Shown: positions 1-13,457, counted from the first letter of the stretch. The stretch: DNA of 64,000 nucleotides from Candidatus Hydrogenedens terephthalaticus JGI OTU-1 (GCA_000493945.1 AWNW01000001.1:51055-115054), one strand, 5' to 3'. Numbers and translations are program-made. Notes: generated by a model from the sequence alone, not told the origin.

Positions 1-833
1 GTTGCCACTTTATCAAACATGATGGGCAGGCTACTTTGTGCTTTTGAACTTGATGCGGGATTGTTAATGTCAGTTATGAGAAATCTTTCGATACCTTCAC
101 GCAAACGGTAAACCGTATTGGTTCCTGCATTACCATAGCCATCGAGCGTTGAACTTGTTATGTCTGCATCAACAACACGCATAATACCTGCATTATCCTT
201 TGTTTGAACGGCAGTAATAAGTTCGGGTTTTGCCAATGACATTAATCCATAAACCAACTGTGCAGGTGCGTTTCCGGAACCAGATACAGGACCTGCTCCA
301 AGTGCGTTTAATACATTTACCATAGGTGTAATATCTACCATAGGCCATTCATCACCAACGCGGTCCATGACCAATCCTAAATAGATATAACTTGAATCCA
401 TAGCGGAGGCACAAGATACCGTGTCGTTTGCATATACATTTATGCACCAATCATCGCGGTCGGGATATTTTGCACGGGTAATTGTTTGACGGTAGTCGGA
501 ATCCGATGGACAAAAGGCAATCATAGGGTCGTTGAGATATTCTGGATATATTAAGAATGTGCTTGGGCATAGGTCTGCACGAACCTCAATATTGCCATTG
601 ATTTGTGGATAGGCTCCGAATTGAACAGGAGGAAATCGTTCTCCTTTCGCTTCATTGGAATACATTTTGAGAACCAGTCCCCATTGTTTCAGATTGTTCT
701 GGCAACTGGAACGGCGAGCCGCTTCGCGTGCACGGGCAAGTGCAGGTAATAGGATGGCTGCAAGTATGCCAATGATGGCAATTACAACCAACAACTCGAT
801 TAAAGTAAATCCTTTCTTTTTTAACATACGCAT
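1..833 (-). CDS. DUF1559 / prepilin-type N-terminal cleavage-methylation domain protein (H-X9-DG family); 5' partial relative to the window (runs off the left edge)
   Basis: Hand translation of the minus strand from ATG at 833 gives [61 protein letters not shown]... The N-terminal [14 protein letters not shown] type-IV-pilin-like methylation motif and the body are typical of DUF1559 proteins, which are abundant in Planctomycetes/Verrucomicrobia. It is absent from the ORF track because it leaves the window. Confidence 0.7.
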   Translation of the reverse strand, partial: MRMLKKKGFTLIELLVVIAIIGILAAILLPALARAREAARRSSCQNNLKQWGLVLKMYSNEAKGERFPPVQFGAYPQINGNIEVRADLCPSTFLIYPEYLNDPMIAFCPSDSDYRQTITRAKYPDRDDWCINVYANDTVSCASAMDSSYIYLGLVMDRVGDEWPMVDITPMVNVLNALGAGPVSGSGNAPAQLVYGLMSLAKPELITAVQTKDNAGIMRVVDADITSSTLDGYGNAGTNTVYRLREGIERFLITDINNPASSSKAQSSLPIMFDKVA

Positions 834-974
834 ATCCTTTCTGGTATTGTTTTTTTGCCACGCGTATAGCGTGTTTATTACCATATATAGAGACAGATTG
901 ATATACATCTGGGTTTCATTAGAATTTGTTATTTTCAAAAATAATTTACAATTTCTTTTAAGGAGAAAAAGATA

Positions 975-1385
975 ATGAAAAAGTTGACGAAAAAAACAAT
1001 GCCGTTTATTATTGCTTTATTTCTTATTATTGGATTTTCGGGATGTGTATATAAGCCCGTTCAGGAAGGAGAGTTGACCCTATTGTCTACACAATTTGGT
1101 TATAAAGTAGAAGGACCTTTGGGTTTTGTGGGTACGATTACAAAAGAGAGTGTGGATATGGAAGATTGGAACTTCTCAGGAAAATTTGTATTTCCGAATC
1201 AGTTATGTTTTTATTTAGGAAAAACGGTATCTATAGCCGAGAGTTATCCTGAACAAATTGAAATACGGCTTTATGCAATTTCTTCTTTAATTGGGCAGAT
1301 ATTGCTACCACGAGATAAGGAAGTTCCTGTTCAGTTTAAGATAAAGGCTTCGAATGATGCCCGTTTCCGTGTTATATTTTATTAA
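975..1385 (+). CDS. hypothetical lipoprotein
   Basis: N-terminal signal peptide with lipobox-like IIGFSGC. No recognisable domain. Confidence 0.4.
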   Translation: MKKLTKKTMPFIIALFLIIGFSGCVYKPVQEGELTLLSTQFGYKVEGPLGFVGTITKESVDMEDWNFSGKFVFPNQLCFYLGKTVSIAESYPEQIEIRLYAISSLIGQILLPRDKEVPVQFKIKASNDARFRVIFY

Positions 1386-1413
1386 TTTGTCAGAAAATAT
1401 TAGATAGAAAGAC

Positions 1414-2004
1414 ATGAACATAACTAAAGAAGAGTTGCGGAAGACGGTATTGTTTGGAAGGAAATTACTTCCGCCCGAGGAAGTAAAGGAAAAAAGTGAA
1501 AGGATAAAAGAGTTATTTTTCTCATTGGCTTTTTGGAATTCAAACGAAAACTTTTTTGTATATATGTCTGATGAACGGGGAGAAGTGGAAACAAAACCTA
1601 TTATTTATTCATTACTTGAAAGAGGAAAGAAGATATGGATACCGCGTGTTAAAGGTCATAATTTAATATGGTATCAAATTGAGGAGAAGAGAATACAGGA
1701 ATTGGAAATTAGTCCCTGGGGGATATTCGAGCCTTTACCGAGTTGGGAACCCTCTACGGATAGAATAAAAGAAAAGACCGTTTGCATTGTTCCGGGAATT
1801 GTATTTGACCGTCGCGGTTATCGGATTGGGCGTGGAAAGGGATTTTATGACCGATTTTTAAGTTGCAATAGGCAGTGTATTTCTGTAGGTTTTTGTTATA
1901 GTTTTCAGATGGTAATGTTATGTCCGCATAGGAACTGGGATGTTCCAGTTGATTGGGTTATTACAGAAGATAATGTCTTTCATCCTCATAATTCTTTATC
2001 GTAG
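1414..2004 (+). CDS. 5-formyltetrahydrofolate cyclo-ligase (MTHFS / YgfA family)
   Basis: Size about 196 aa. The C-terminal motif VPGIVFDRRGYRIGRGKGFYDRFL is typical of 5-FTHF cyclo-ligases. Confidence 0.65.
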   Translation: MNITKEELRKTVLFGRKLLPPEEVKEKSERIKELFFSLAFWNSNENFFVYMSDERGEVETKPIIYSLLERGKKIWIPRVKGHNLIWYQIEEKRIQELEISPWGIFEPLPSWEPSTDRIKEKTVCIVPGIVFDRRGYRIGRGKGFYDRFLSCNRQCISVGFCYSFQMVMLCPHRNWDVPVDWVITEDNVFHPHNSLS

Positions 2005-2026
2005 GTATAAGGTAGATGAGTTTTTT

Positions 2027-2851
2027 ATGAAGAATAGAGAATATCAATATGTAGAACTTAGCAAGGGGAAAACATGTTTTGAAAAAGTGGGGGATAGTTC
2101 AAAACCTGTTATCGTGCTTGTACATGGTTTATCTACGCCGATGTGTATTTGGGACAAAAATATTTGTGAATTGTCTAATTATTGTTGTGTTATCCGATAT
2201 GATCTTTACGGTAGAGGGAATTCTGCCCGTCCTATGGTTCGTTATAATTCGGATTTGTTTGTTAACCAGTTATATGAATTGATACAGACCTTAGCACTTT
2301 CTTTGCCTGTAAGTCTTGTAGGATTAAGTATGGGCGGTGCTATTGTAAGTGACTTTTCTGTGCGTTATCCTGAAATGGTGGATAAAGTTGTATTAATTGC
2401 TCCTGCGGGTTTATTAAAGCGAACATGGGGAATGATGTTAATGGGTATACCTGTTGTTGGAACAATCCTATATGAAGTCTTCGGGAAAAAGGCTTTAATA
2501 AAGGGCATTTTGGAAACAATAGGGGATTCTGTGGAAGATAAAATCTATATGCAGAAAGTTTATGAAGAACAGATGAGGATACACGGATATAGAGAAGCAC
2601 TCTTGTCTACATTAAGGTATGGTCCTTTATGTGATATGGAAGATGTATATATTCAATTGGGAAAACAGAAACGGGAAGGATGCTTAATATGGGGAGAGAA
2701 GGATAATGTTGTGCCTTTTTACTTGAATAAACAAATAATGGAATGGGTTCCGTGGCTTGCTTTACATGCTGTAAAAGATGGAACCCATGCAGTAAACTAT
2801 CAAAAATCTGATATAGTAAATCCTATATTGTGTTCGTTTTTTAATAGATAA
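2027..2851 (+). CDS. alpha/beta-fold hydrolase
   Basis: VIVLVHGLSTP oxyanion-hole region and GLSMGG (GxSxG nucleophile elbow). The track ORF begins at 1940 and overlaps the upstream gene; the internal Met at 2027 (MKNREYQYVEL...) is the more plausible start. Confidence 0.6.
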   Translation: MKNREYQYVELSKGKTCFEKVGDSSKPVIVLVHGLSTPMCIWDKNICELSNYCCVIRYDLYGRGNSARPMVRYNSDLFVNQLYELIQTLALSLPVSLVGLSMGGAIVSDFSVRYPEMVDKVVLIAPAGLLKRTWGMMLMGIPVVGTILYEVFGKKALIKGILETIGDSVEDKIYMQKVYEEQMRIHGYREALLSTLRYGPLCDMEDVYIQLGKQKREGCLIWGEKDNVVPFYLNKQIMEWVPWLALHAVKDGTHAVNYQKSDIVNPILCSFFNR

Positions 2852-2868
2852 ACGAGAAAGGAGAAAAT

Positions 2869-3849
2869 ATGGATTTCTCTAAATTGCTGGAAATTGCTTT
2901 TAACTTTCGTGAAGCACGGGTATTACTCACAGGTGTTGAATTAGATATTTTTACTTTGTTATCGGAGCAGGAAATGGATTTACAGGAAATATGTAAGGAA
3001 TTACATTCAGAAGAAAGGTCAACTCAGTATTTGCTGGATGCAATGTGTGCTATGAAATTATTGGAAAAGAAGGAGGGGAAATATAAAACATCTACAGAAG
3101 TAGTTCCTTTTTTAAGCAAACATGGGTCTGAATGTATGTTGCCTATGTTAGAACATTATGCAAATTTATGGCACCGCTGGTCGCAACTTACCGATATAGT
3201 GAAAGGAAAGACGATTACAATAAAACCTGTTGACCAGATGAGCTCAGACCAGTTGAAGGCGTTTATTTTGGGTATGCATGTACTTGCGTTGAGAGCATCG
3301 AAACCGTTGTTAAAAAAATTGGGCACTGTTCCTTATAAAAAAATGTTAGATGTAGGAGGTGCATCGGGTACCTATTCTGAAGCCTTTATTGAGATAAATC
3401 CACAATTGCAGGCAACAATATTTGATTTGCCTCCTGTTATAGAGATAGCCAAAGAACGACTAAAAGATTCACCCTATAAAGACAAGATAGATTTTTATGT
3501 TGGGGATTTTTATAAAGATGAGTTACCGAGTGGCTATGATTTTTTGTGGTTATCGGCAATAATACATCAGAACAGTCGGGAGCAAAATGTAGATTTATAT
3601 AAGAAATGTTTTGCTGCACTGGAAACAAGGGGGGTATTGTGGATACGGGATTATGTGATGTCAGAAGACAGAACAAGTCCGAAAACAGGGGCATTGTTTG
3701 CAATTAATATGTTGGTAGGGACACAAGGAGGAGGGACATATACCTTCGAGGAGATTAAAGAAGACTTAAATTATGCAGGATTTAAGAATGTTCATTTTAA
3801 GATTCATGGGGAACAGATGGATACTGTTATAGAAGCAGTTAAAGAATAG
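2869..3849 (+). CDS. class I SAM-dependent O-methyltransferase (COMT / family 2 OMT-like)
   Basis: An N-terminal dimerisation/wHTH-like region followed by LDVGGASGTYS (SAM motif I) and DFYVGDFYKDELPSGYDFLWLSAIIH, typical of O-methyltransferase family 2. Confidence 0.65.
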   Translation: MDFSKLLEIAFNFREARVLLTGVELDIFTLLSEQEMDLQEICKELHSEERSTQYLLDAMCAMKLLEKKEGKYKTSTEVVPFLSKHGSECMLPMLEHYANLWHRWSQLTDIVKGKTITIKPVDQMSSDQLKAFILGMHVLALRASKPLLKKLGTVPYKKMLDVGGASGTYSEAFIEINPQLQATIFDLPPVIEIAKERLKDSPYKDKIDFYVGDFYKDELPSGYDFLWLSAIIHQNSREQNVDLYKKCFAALETRGVLWIRDYVMSEDRTSPKTGALFAINMLVGTQGGGTYTFEEIKEDLNYAGFKNVHFKIHGEQMDTVIEAVKE

Positions 3850-4278
3850 GAAGGTATTAGTTGCTTTTTTCTGCGAATGCGGCAGATAACATAATAGAAA
3901 TTACAGTGAAATATAAATAGAAAAAAAGTGCCTCTGCAGAAGATGCTGTTTTGGGATAACTTTGTTTTTTAGTTATTGTGTCCGTATGTTTCTTTTTCAT
4001 CGTCTTATCCTTTCTACAGTTATTTGTGTTGTCTGCTTTAAAAGACGATACAAACGAGAAAGCAATTCATTTCCTGAAAAATTATTTTTATGAATATAAA
4101 AATCATTTTTGGAACGCTGAAACAAGATATTGTTGGAATAGTTTAAAGAGTAAATAACATAAATTTTTCTATACGGGAAAATGATGGATAATTGTAGGAC
4201 GCAACGAAGAGGTAATATGGATAATCTGATTGAAGATTAGATAATAAAAGGGTTAACAGAATAGGTGATGAAAAAATA

Positions 4279-5697
4279 TTACTCTTGTGAAGGAGAATAA
4301 GGGGGTAGGGATGAGATATGGGTAGGGATTAGGAGATGTATAGCTATAACGGAACAAATTCCTATAATGCCTGAGATAATCATTACCATATCCAGACCTG
4401 TAATTTGTATTGTCGGGGCAAAAAAGAATTGTAGGGGTGTTCGTAGAAAATGAAAATAGGTATTTGATGAAATCTGAAATAAGGTTCCGTATTCTGCGAC
4501 ATAACCGGCTAAAATAGGTGCAATTCCCGCAACCAATCCGTTCAGTGAACTGTTTAATGCTAATGGTGCTGTGGCTTTACCACGAGGTGTTGTAGAAAAA
4601 ATAAGGTTTGTAAGGCATAGATTAATTCCTGCCACACAAATACCCGAAACAATATGCAGAAATAATATTAAGTACCATTGGACAATATCATTTTTTAATT
4701 CTGCAGATATGAAGCACGAAATGACAGTGGCAAAGAAAATAGGGATGCATAGATATAGCAAGGAGCGATTTCCGTAGCGAATGGAGAATTTTTTCCAGAA
4801 AGAAAAGGATACGACATTGGCAAATTGGTTCAAGACGGTTAGGCAGATAATAAGCAATAGAGAATAACCAATCCGTTTCATCAGAAAGACCGGTAAAAAG
4901 GGATTGGCAAAATTAAAGATAGCGTTCCAGATGATACAGAATGCCATTGTTCTACGAAAATAAACATTTTCTAATGATTCTTTAAATGGCTTCCAGAATG
5001 AATTGCTCTGAAGTGGAGAGTTAGTTTGTTCGTTAAAATGACTCATTAAATCGCGAATATTATGTATGGCTATTGATGAACCTAATCCTAAAATTCCGGC
5101 GAGGATGAATACCCCGGAATAACCAAAAAGCATATATTGTGAGTAATTATTTTTTATAAATTCTAAACCTAATGCCCCGACAAAACTTGCAATGGCACCT
5201 AACAATGTGGCAAAGATGAATCGTTGAGTTAATACCTGATAGAAGGTATCTGGATTGAAAAAATCGCGAAACCATGTGCTGAAGGCACAACCACCTATAT
5301 TTGCAGATGATACATAGATGATATATAAGACAAAGAAAATGGGGAGAACCTGACTTTTGATAAAGAAAAGAGGAATAAGTCCACAGAGCAATATTGCTAC
5401 TCGACTTAAAGTTAGAGAAAATAGAGCGATAAATTTTCTTTTTGGATATCTTTCAACTAAGAATGTTGCGGGTATTTGTAGAATTTGAGCCAGAGGAATT
5501 AGGGCATTTAAAAGACCAACCACAACATAACTTGCACCAAGATATAAAGCAAAAGCACTAAGAAACGCTCCAGTGCTAAGGCTTGTCATACCTTGCGCTA
5601 ATGTTGCATCAATAACAAAAAAATTTTTATTTTTATCAATATAATCGTTATTGATATTCTCTAAATCTTCTTTATTTGTTGAAACAAGAATGCTCAT
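4279..5697 (-). CDS. polytopic membrane protein, probably an MFS-type transporter
   Basis: 472 aa with about 12 predicted hydrophobic segments arranged as two halves. No catalytic motifs. Confidence 0.45.
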   Translation of the reverse strand: MSILVSTNKEDLENINNDYIDKNKNFFVIDATLAQGMTSLSTGAFLSAFALYLGASYVVVGLLNALIPLAQILQIPATFLVERYPKRKFIALFSLTLSRVAILLCGLIPLFFIKSQVLPIFFVLYIIYVSSANIGGCAFSTWFRDFFNPDTFYQVLTQRFIFATLLGAIASFVGALGLEFIKNNYSQYMLFGYSGVFILAGILGLGSSIAIHNIRDLMSHFNEQTNSPLQSNSFWKPFKESLENVYFRRTMAFCIIWNAIFNFANPFLPVFLMKRIGYSLLLIICLTVLNQFANVVSFSFWKKFSIRYGNRSLLYLCIPIFFATVISCFISAELKNDIVQWYLILFLHIVSGICVAGINLCLTNLIFSTTPRGKATAPLALNSSLNGLVAGIAPILAGYVAEYGTLFQISSNTYFHFLRTPLQFFFAPTIQITGLDMVMIISGIIGICSVIAIHLLIPTHISSLPPYSPSQE

Positions 5698-5772
5698 TCA
5701 ATATATGGTAGTAGTTTTGTTATTATACAATATGTTGTTATAAAAAAATAGAAATAATCAGAATATAAAAAA

Positions 5773-5794
5773 TAGTGCATCTATAGATGCACTA
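5773..5794. promoter_or_regulatory. perfect 22-bp palindrome tagtgcatcta|tagatgcacta in the divergent promoter region between the MFS-like gene and recF; a candidate operator or bidirectional hairpin
   Basis: The reverse complement is identical to the sequence, and T/A runs lie on both sides. Confidence 0.35.
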
Positions 5795-5928
5795 CAATAT
5801 TATCTCTATTTTTTGTTTATGAGTTTATCTTCGTAATATTATACCATAAACAATAAAAAAAATTACATTTATTTCAAATAATCCGCAAAAAAGTTAAAAA
5901 GTTTCACTAATTCAAGAAAATTGTAGAT

Positions 5929-7005
5929 ATGTATTTAAGAAATTTTTATGCACGATATTTTCGATGTATTACAGATTTGAATGTAGAATTTCATACGGGT
6001 ATGAATATCATTATAGGAGCCAATGCACAGGGAAAAACTTCTTTATTGGAGGCGGTTCATTTTTTATCATTGGCACGCAGTTTAAGGACAAATAATGAAA
6101 AGGAATTGGTTCAATATGAGAGAGATGGTTTTTTGCTTAAGGGAAAAGTTGTTTCTAATGAAGATATGATAGAGCCAATATCCATTGATATGAAATGGGT
6201 AAAAGGGAATAAGAAAATTTATGTTAATGGTATTAGTCTTGAAAAAGTGAGCGAATTAATTGGAAAGATGCGGATAGTTTTCTTGACGAGTGATTTTTCA
6301 GACCTTGTAAGTGAAGGAGCAAGTTACCGTAGGAGGTTTATGGATGTTCAACTTTCGCAGATGGATAGTGTATATCTTTATGCGTTGCAAGGGTATCAGC
6401 GGGCACTTCGTCAGAGAAATGAATTACTGCGTAAACCCGATGTAAAACAAGACGAATTATGGATTTGGGAAGTGCAAATGGCGGAGTTTGCTAAAACACT
6501 TATAAGTAAACGGAGTGCTTTTATAAAAAATCTCAAACCTTTTGCATCCGATATTCATAATCAAATTATATCGGATGAAAAATTAGAAATTTGTTATTTG
6601 CCGGATGTTTTAGAGGAGGTTTTTTTGAAGAAATTAGAGGAAAATCGTAAAGCAGATATTCAGAGGGGGCAAACCATTTATGGTCCCCATCGAGATGATA
6701 TAGAAGTGAAAATTAATGGCTATCCTGTTCGTCAATATGCATCCCAGGGACAGAAAAAAACCTGTGCTTATGCAATTCGTATTTCAGAGATTTATTTAAG
6801 CAAAGAGAAGAAAGAGGATTTTCCTATTGTGCTTGCAGATGAATTATTTTCTGACCTTGACCCCCAACGAGGAAAGAAATTTTTAGAAACAATTCCTGAT
6901 GGAATACAGGTTATAATAACAGCGGTGGATGAAATGTTCTGCAGAAATTTAGAAAGGAAGTTTGATATGTATCGAATCAGGAGTGGTAATCTTGAAAAGT
7001 CGTAG
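5929..7005 (+). CDS. recF: DNA replication and repair protein RecF
   Basis: N-terminal LNVEFHTGMNIIIGANAQGKTSLLEAV (Walker A, RecF/SMC-like) and the C-terminal RecF signature region. Size 358 aa. Confidence 0.85.
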   Translation: MYLRNFYARYFRCITDLNVEFHTGMNIIIGANAQGKTSLLEAVHFLSLARSLRTNNEKELVQYERDGFLLKGKVVSNEDMIEPISIDMKWVKGNKKIYVNGISLEKVSELIGKMRIVFLTSDFSDLVSEGASYRRRFMDVQLSQMDSVYLYALQGYQRALRQRNELLRKPDVKQDELWIWEVQMAEFAKTLISKRSAFIKNLKPFASDIHNQIISDEKLEICYLPDVLEEVFLKKLEENRKADIQRGQTIYGPHRDDIEVKINGYPVRQYASQGQKKTCAYAIRISEIYLSKEKKEDFPIVLADELFSDLDPQRGKKFLETIPDGIQVIITAVDEMFCRNLERKFDMYRIRSGNLEKS

Positions 7006-7303
7006 GAATAAGCCTGAAAAAATATCCGAGATAATTTCAGATGTAAAAAAATCCGAGGTTCTTAAACTGAGTTTAGAATTAGTTCCTGTATGGAAGCAAT
7101 GGAAACAGATAATTGGGGAGGAATTTGCATCGCTGACAGAACCCTCAGGGTTTCGAAGAGGAAGACTTCATATTAAAGTGAAGAATACTACCGTTATGCA
7201 CCGATTGACCTTTGAGAAGGAACAGATATTAGAAAGAATAAGAGCAATTCTTCAAAAGGACATTATTGAAGATTTGTTCTTCGAACTGGACGAAAATGAG
7301 TAA
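6962..7303 (+). CDS. DUF721 domain protein (the small gene often found next to recF)
   Basis: About 110 aa with the pattern ...WKQIIGEEFASLTEPSGFRRGRLHIKVKNTTVMHRLTFEKEQILERI typical of DUF721/COG5512. The 5' end overlaps the recF 3' end, so the true start may be an internal Met. Confidence 0.5.
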   Translation: MICIESGVVILKSRRNKPEKISEIISDVKKSEVLKLSLELVPVWKQWKQIIGEEFASLTEPSGFRRGRLHIKVKNTTVMHRLTFEKEQILERIRAILQKDIIEDLFFELDENE

Positions 7304-7420
7304 TAAAGATTTATTTAATAACCTATAAGACATAGGTAACAATTTATATTTTCTTTCTCTATCGTAGGGAAACGGAATGCCGTGCTCTTACTTCGTTGTA
7401 AGATTCTTGGGGTAAAAAGA

Positions 7421-7533
7421 ATAAACCACAGAGGACACAAAGGAAAAGTTTACACAAAGGACACAGAGAAAGTTTATAGTAAAATGAAATAGATTCTCCT
7501 CTGTGAACTCTGTAAAGTCTCTGTGTTCTTTGT
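7421..7533. mobile_element. MITE-like imperfect palindromic element flanked by the 10-bp direct repeat ggtaaaaaga (7411-7420 and 7534-7543)
   Basis: The 113-bp AT-rich segment contains mutually inverted copies of the motifs ccacagagga and acacaaagg(a)acacagag. Flanking 10-bp direct repeats resemble target-site duplications. It lies between the convergent 3' ends of the DUF721 gene and gyrA. Confidence 0.3.
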
Positions 7534-7838
7534 GGTAAAAAGATTTAACTACCTAAAAAAGCCAGAAGCGAGAATACTTCAGATATATTGTTCAAATACA
7601 GGAATACATGATGGATTTTTTTCATTCGTTTTTATTCGTGTAATTCGTGGTTATAATTTTCTTAATCAATTTTAAATCTAATCTACAAAGAGAAAGAATA
7701 AAGTATGTCAAGTTGTAAAATTTTCTCTTTTTTTAATTCATATTTTTGGTGTTCTTCATATCATTATAAATTTTCTATTCTAAAGCCCATGTGTTACCTA
7801 TGTCCTATAGTTCTTTCTTTAATTTATTACTTTGTTTC

Positions 7839-10373
7839 TTATTCGGAATTTTGTTCGTTATCAGGGGCATTTTCAAAAAGGTCGCCTATTTCATCTGCAT
7901 TTTCTTCTTCAGTATAGGAACCTTCGGGTAATTCTTCTTCCGCGTCACTCTTTTTGATGGCTTTATCTGCGGATGCAATTTTAGCACCTTCGCGCAGGTT
8001 CATTAGTTGCACACCTTTGGTATTTCGACCAATGACGCGGATGCTTTTAACAGGGATGCGGAGCATTTTCCCATCGGTGGCAACAACCACAATGTCTTCG
8101 TCATCGCTTACGGTGAGCATGGTCACGACATTGCCATTGCGTTCCTGTGTCTGTATGTTAATAATCCCTTTTCCTCCGCGATGTTGAATACGGTATTCTT
8201 TTACTTCAGTCCGTTTACCATAGCCGTTTTCTGTAACAGTGAGGACGGTTAAATTATCTTTAGCAACGGAGACACCTACGACATAGTCGCCTTTATTAAG
8301 GCGAATACCAACTACACCCTGAGCCGTTCGACCCATAGGACGAACATCTTTTTCAGGGAAGCGTATTGCAAGACCGCTATGAGTCGCTAAAAGGACATTG
8401 TCTATTCCTGATGTAACAAGGACATCTATAAGTTCATCACCTTGTTCTAAGGTAATTGCCTGGATACCTGTGGAACGCGGTTTGCTATAAGCAGATAGCG
8501 GGGTTTTCTTGACGAGACCTTTTTTAGTGACCATGAAGAGGTATTTGCTTTCATCTTTTAAGTTTTTAATAGAAAGGAAAGCCGTTACTTTTTCTTTATC
8601 TCCGAGAGCAAGCAAGTTTTTAATATTCCTACCTCTTGCTGTTCTGCCTGCTTCGGGAATTTCGTGAACTTTCTGCCAGTAAACACGCCCTTCATTTGTG
8701 AAAAACATAAGGTATTCATGAGCGGTCGCAGTAAAAACATGTTTAACAAAGTCATCTTCGGGGGTTTCCATCCCCATGACACCTTGACCTCTTCGCCGTT
8801 GTTTTCGTGATGTTGTCTGGAGCATGCGTTTAATATATCCCTGATTGGATACGGTTATAATCATGGCTTCATCAGCGATAAGGTCTTCAATACCAAAATC
8901 TTCAATGGTTTCTAAAATCTCTGTTTTTCTCTCATCTCCATATTTTTCACGGATTTTTTCTACTTCTTTCCGCACTTCTGCGAGAATATTTTCACGGCTT
9001 GAAAGGATGTGTTTTAGTCGTTTAATTTCTTTGAGCAGATTGTCATATTCTTCCTGTAATTCTTTTCGTTCTAATCCGGTTAATCTGCGTAAGGGCATTG
9101 CAAGGATGGCTTTTGCCTGTTCAACGGAAATATCCAATTTCTTGCACAATTTTGTTTGGGCTTCTTCCGCATTTGCAGATTTACGAATTAGATTGATTAC
9201 TTCATCAATTTGGTCAATGGCTTTTAATAGACCTTCAAGGATATGTGCACGGCGTTCTGCCTGTTCTAAATCAAAACGAGTTCTGCGTTCTACAATTTCA
9301 GCACGGTATTGGACATAGTGCTGAATCATATCTTTCAAATTTAATACGCGTGGAATGTTGTTTACTAATGCGAGGAAATGGATTCTTGATGTATTTTGTA
9401 ATTGAGTATGTTGGTAAAGTTGGTTTAAAACGACCTGAGGATTGGCATCGCTTTTGAGTTCAATGATTAAACGCATTCCTTCGCGGTCGGATTCGTCGCG
9501 AAGGTCAGTGATACCTGAAACTTTGTTGTTCTCTACGGCTTTTGCAATAGATTCAATCACGGTTTGTTTTGTAACCTGATACGGGATTTCTTCAACGAGC
9601 AAACTTTTCTTTTTCGTTTTTTCCTGGGAGACGACTTTAATTCGTGCCCGAAGTTTTACCTGTCCCGTTCCTGTTTTGTAGGCACGAAGAATTCCTTCTT
9701 TACCACAGATGATAGCCCCCGTAGGGAAATCGGGTCCCGGCACAATCTTTATAAATTCTTCGACGGGAGCGGAAGGGTTGTCTATATAGTAGATAATTGC
9801 GTTACAGATTTCTGTTAAATTGTGAGGAGGACAATCCGTAGCCATACCGACCGCGATACCATAAGACCCGTTTACAAGGAGGTTGGGAAAGCCGGAGGGT
9901 AATACGGTAGGTTCATCGAGACGACCATCGAAATTGGGGCGCATCTCAACAGTATTTTTTTCTATATCCGTTAGCATTTCTAAAGCAATGGGTGTTAATC
10001 TTGCCTCTGTATATCGGTATGCTGCTGGGCTGTCTCCATCTATAGAACCGAAGTTGCCCTGACCATCAACCATAGGATAACGCATGTTCCAATCTTGGGC
10101 TAATCGGACAAGGGCATCGTAAACCGCCTGGTCTCCATGGGGATGATATTTTCCTAAACATTCTCCGACGATAGTGGCACATTTACGGTATGGACGATTG
10201 GGAGTTAGTCCTAATTGGTGCATGACGAAAAGTATTCGTCTTTGAACCGGTTTTAGCCCATCACGGATATCGGGTAAGGCACGACTTACAATTACACTCA
10301 TGGAATAATCGAGGAAAGCGGTTTGCATTTCCTGTTCAATGGGGACTGGCTTTATATTCTGATTCACCGCCAT
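7839..10373 (-). CDS. gyrA: DNA gyrase subunit A
   Basis: The N-terminus (PVPIEQEMQTAFLDYSMSVIVSRALPDIRDGLKPVQRRIL) has the type IIA topoisomerase A-subunit features, active-site Tyr region, beta-pinwheel C-terminal domain repeats and an acidic C-terminal tail. 844 aa. Confidence 0.95.
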   Translation of the reverse strand: MAVNQNIKPVPIEQEMQTAFLDYSMSVIVSRALPDIRDGLKPVQRRILFVMHQLGLTPNRPYRKCATIVGECLGKYHPHGDQAVYDALVRLAQDWNMRYPMVDGQGNFGSIDGDSPAAYRYTEARLTPIALEMLTDIEKNTVEMRPNFDGRLDEPTVLPSGFPNLLVNGSYGIAVGMATDCPPHNLTEICNAIIYYIDNPSAPVEEFIKIVPGPDFPTGAIICGKEGILRAYKTGTGQVKLRARIKVVSQEKTKKKSLLVEEIPYQVTKQTVIESIAKAVENNKVSGITDLRDESDREGMRLIIELKSDANPQVVLNQLYQHTQLQNTSRIHFLALVNNIPRVLNLKDMIQHYVQYRAEIVERRTRFDLEQAERRAHILEGLLKAIDQIDEVINLIRKSANAEEAQTKLCKKLDISVEQAKAILAMPLRRLTGLERKELQEEYDNLLKEIKRLKHILSSRENILAEVRKEVEKIREKYGDERKTEILETIEDFGIEDLIADEAMIITVSNQGYIKRMLQTTSRKQRRRGQGVMGMETPEDDFVKHVFTATAHEYLMFFTNEGRVYWQKVHEIPEAGRTARGRNIKNLLALGDKEKVTAFLSIKNLKDESKYLFMVTKKGLVKKTPLSAYSKPRSTGIQAITLEQGDELIDVLVTSGIDNVLLATHSGLAIRFPEKDVRPMGRTAQGVVGIRLNKGDYVVGVSVAKDNLTVLTVTENGYGKRTEVKEYRIQHRGGKGIINIQTQERNGNVVTMLTVSDDEDIVVVATDGKMLRIPVKSIRVIGRNTKGVQLMNLREGAKIASADKAIKKSDAEEELPEGSYTEEENADEIGDLFENAPDNEQNSE

Positions 10374-10408
10374 GTATTTTCTCCTAAGGTGTTAATATCT
10401 ATTAGAAG

Positions 10409-12898
<2,490 letters not shown>

Positions 12899-13037
12899 TT
12901 AAGTAAAGGTATTATATCAAAATTTAATAGTAAAGGGCAATAATAAACAGGATAAAATGAATGCAATATTTGAAGAATAACACAATTTTATTAATAGGAA
13001 AAATCGCTTGCAAATAGGCATCAATCAATAATTTAGG

Positions 13038-13066
13038 AGAAACAAAAATGGTGGGCGATACTGGAC
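13038..13066. repeat. 29-bp direct repeat agaaacaaaaatggtgggcgatactggac, identical to the tRNA-Val 3' end plus 11 nt of flank; the distal att-like boundary of the island
   Basis: Exact 29/29 match to 19986-20014. The sequences diverge immediately outside the repeat. Confidence 0.8.
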
Positions 13067-13457
13067 GATTTCAGAACTTTTTTTGAGCAAAATCTTGACA
13101 CTGACTGATATAAAATTACATCCCCGTTTTGCTCAAAGATTGCGGGCAAAAATTTCCTTCCCCTTGCATCCCTCCAATTTTTATCCACTCGTTAAAAGTT
13201 TTTTACATATTTTTTACACCGTTATCTTAATTCTTAAAAATTTTATACATATAACTTTTTGTATCTATGCAAAGTTGCCCGAGACTGCTCCCTGTTCTTG
13301 TCGAAGGGCAACGGAGAGCAATTTAGGAGAAGGCGGTACTCCACCCGAATTGCATATCTATTGTTGTGCGATGGGCAGAGTGCCCCTTCAATTTTTGTCT
13401 TCATTTCTTAATCCTTCCTTATCTTCCACCTTAGCATAGGACGGTAAAGGCGGTTTT

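Noticed and set aside
652-975. Track ORFs 652-861 (−) and 655-975 (+)
   Set aside because: They overlap the DUF1559 gene in other frames and on the opposite strand, and their His/Cys/Thr-rich or Arg/Ala-rich compositions are typical of off-frame translation. The in-frame partial DUF1559 ORF (1-833, minus strand) is the real gene.
13083-13439. 118-aa plus-strand ORF just inside the island boundary
   Set aside because: It has no ribosome-binding site or recognisable features and a Pro/Ser/Leu-rich composition typical of out-of-frame or non-coding AT-rich DNA. It is the only plus-strand ORF in a minus-strand operon.
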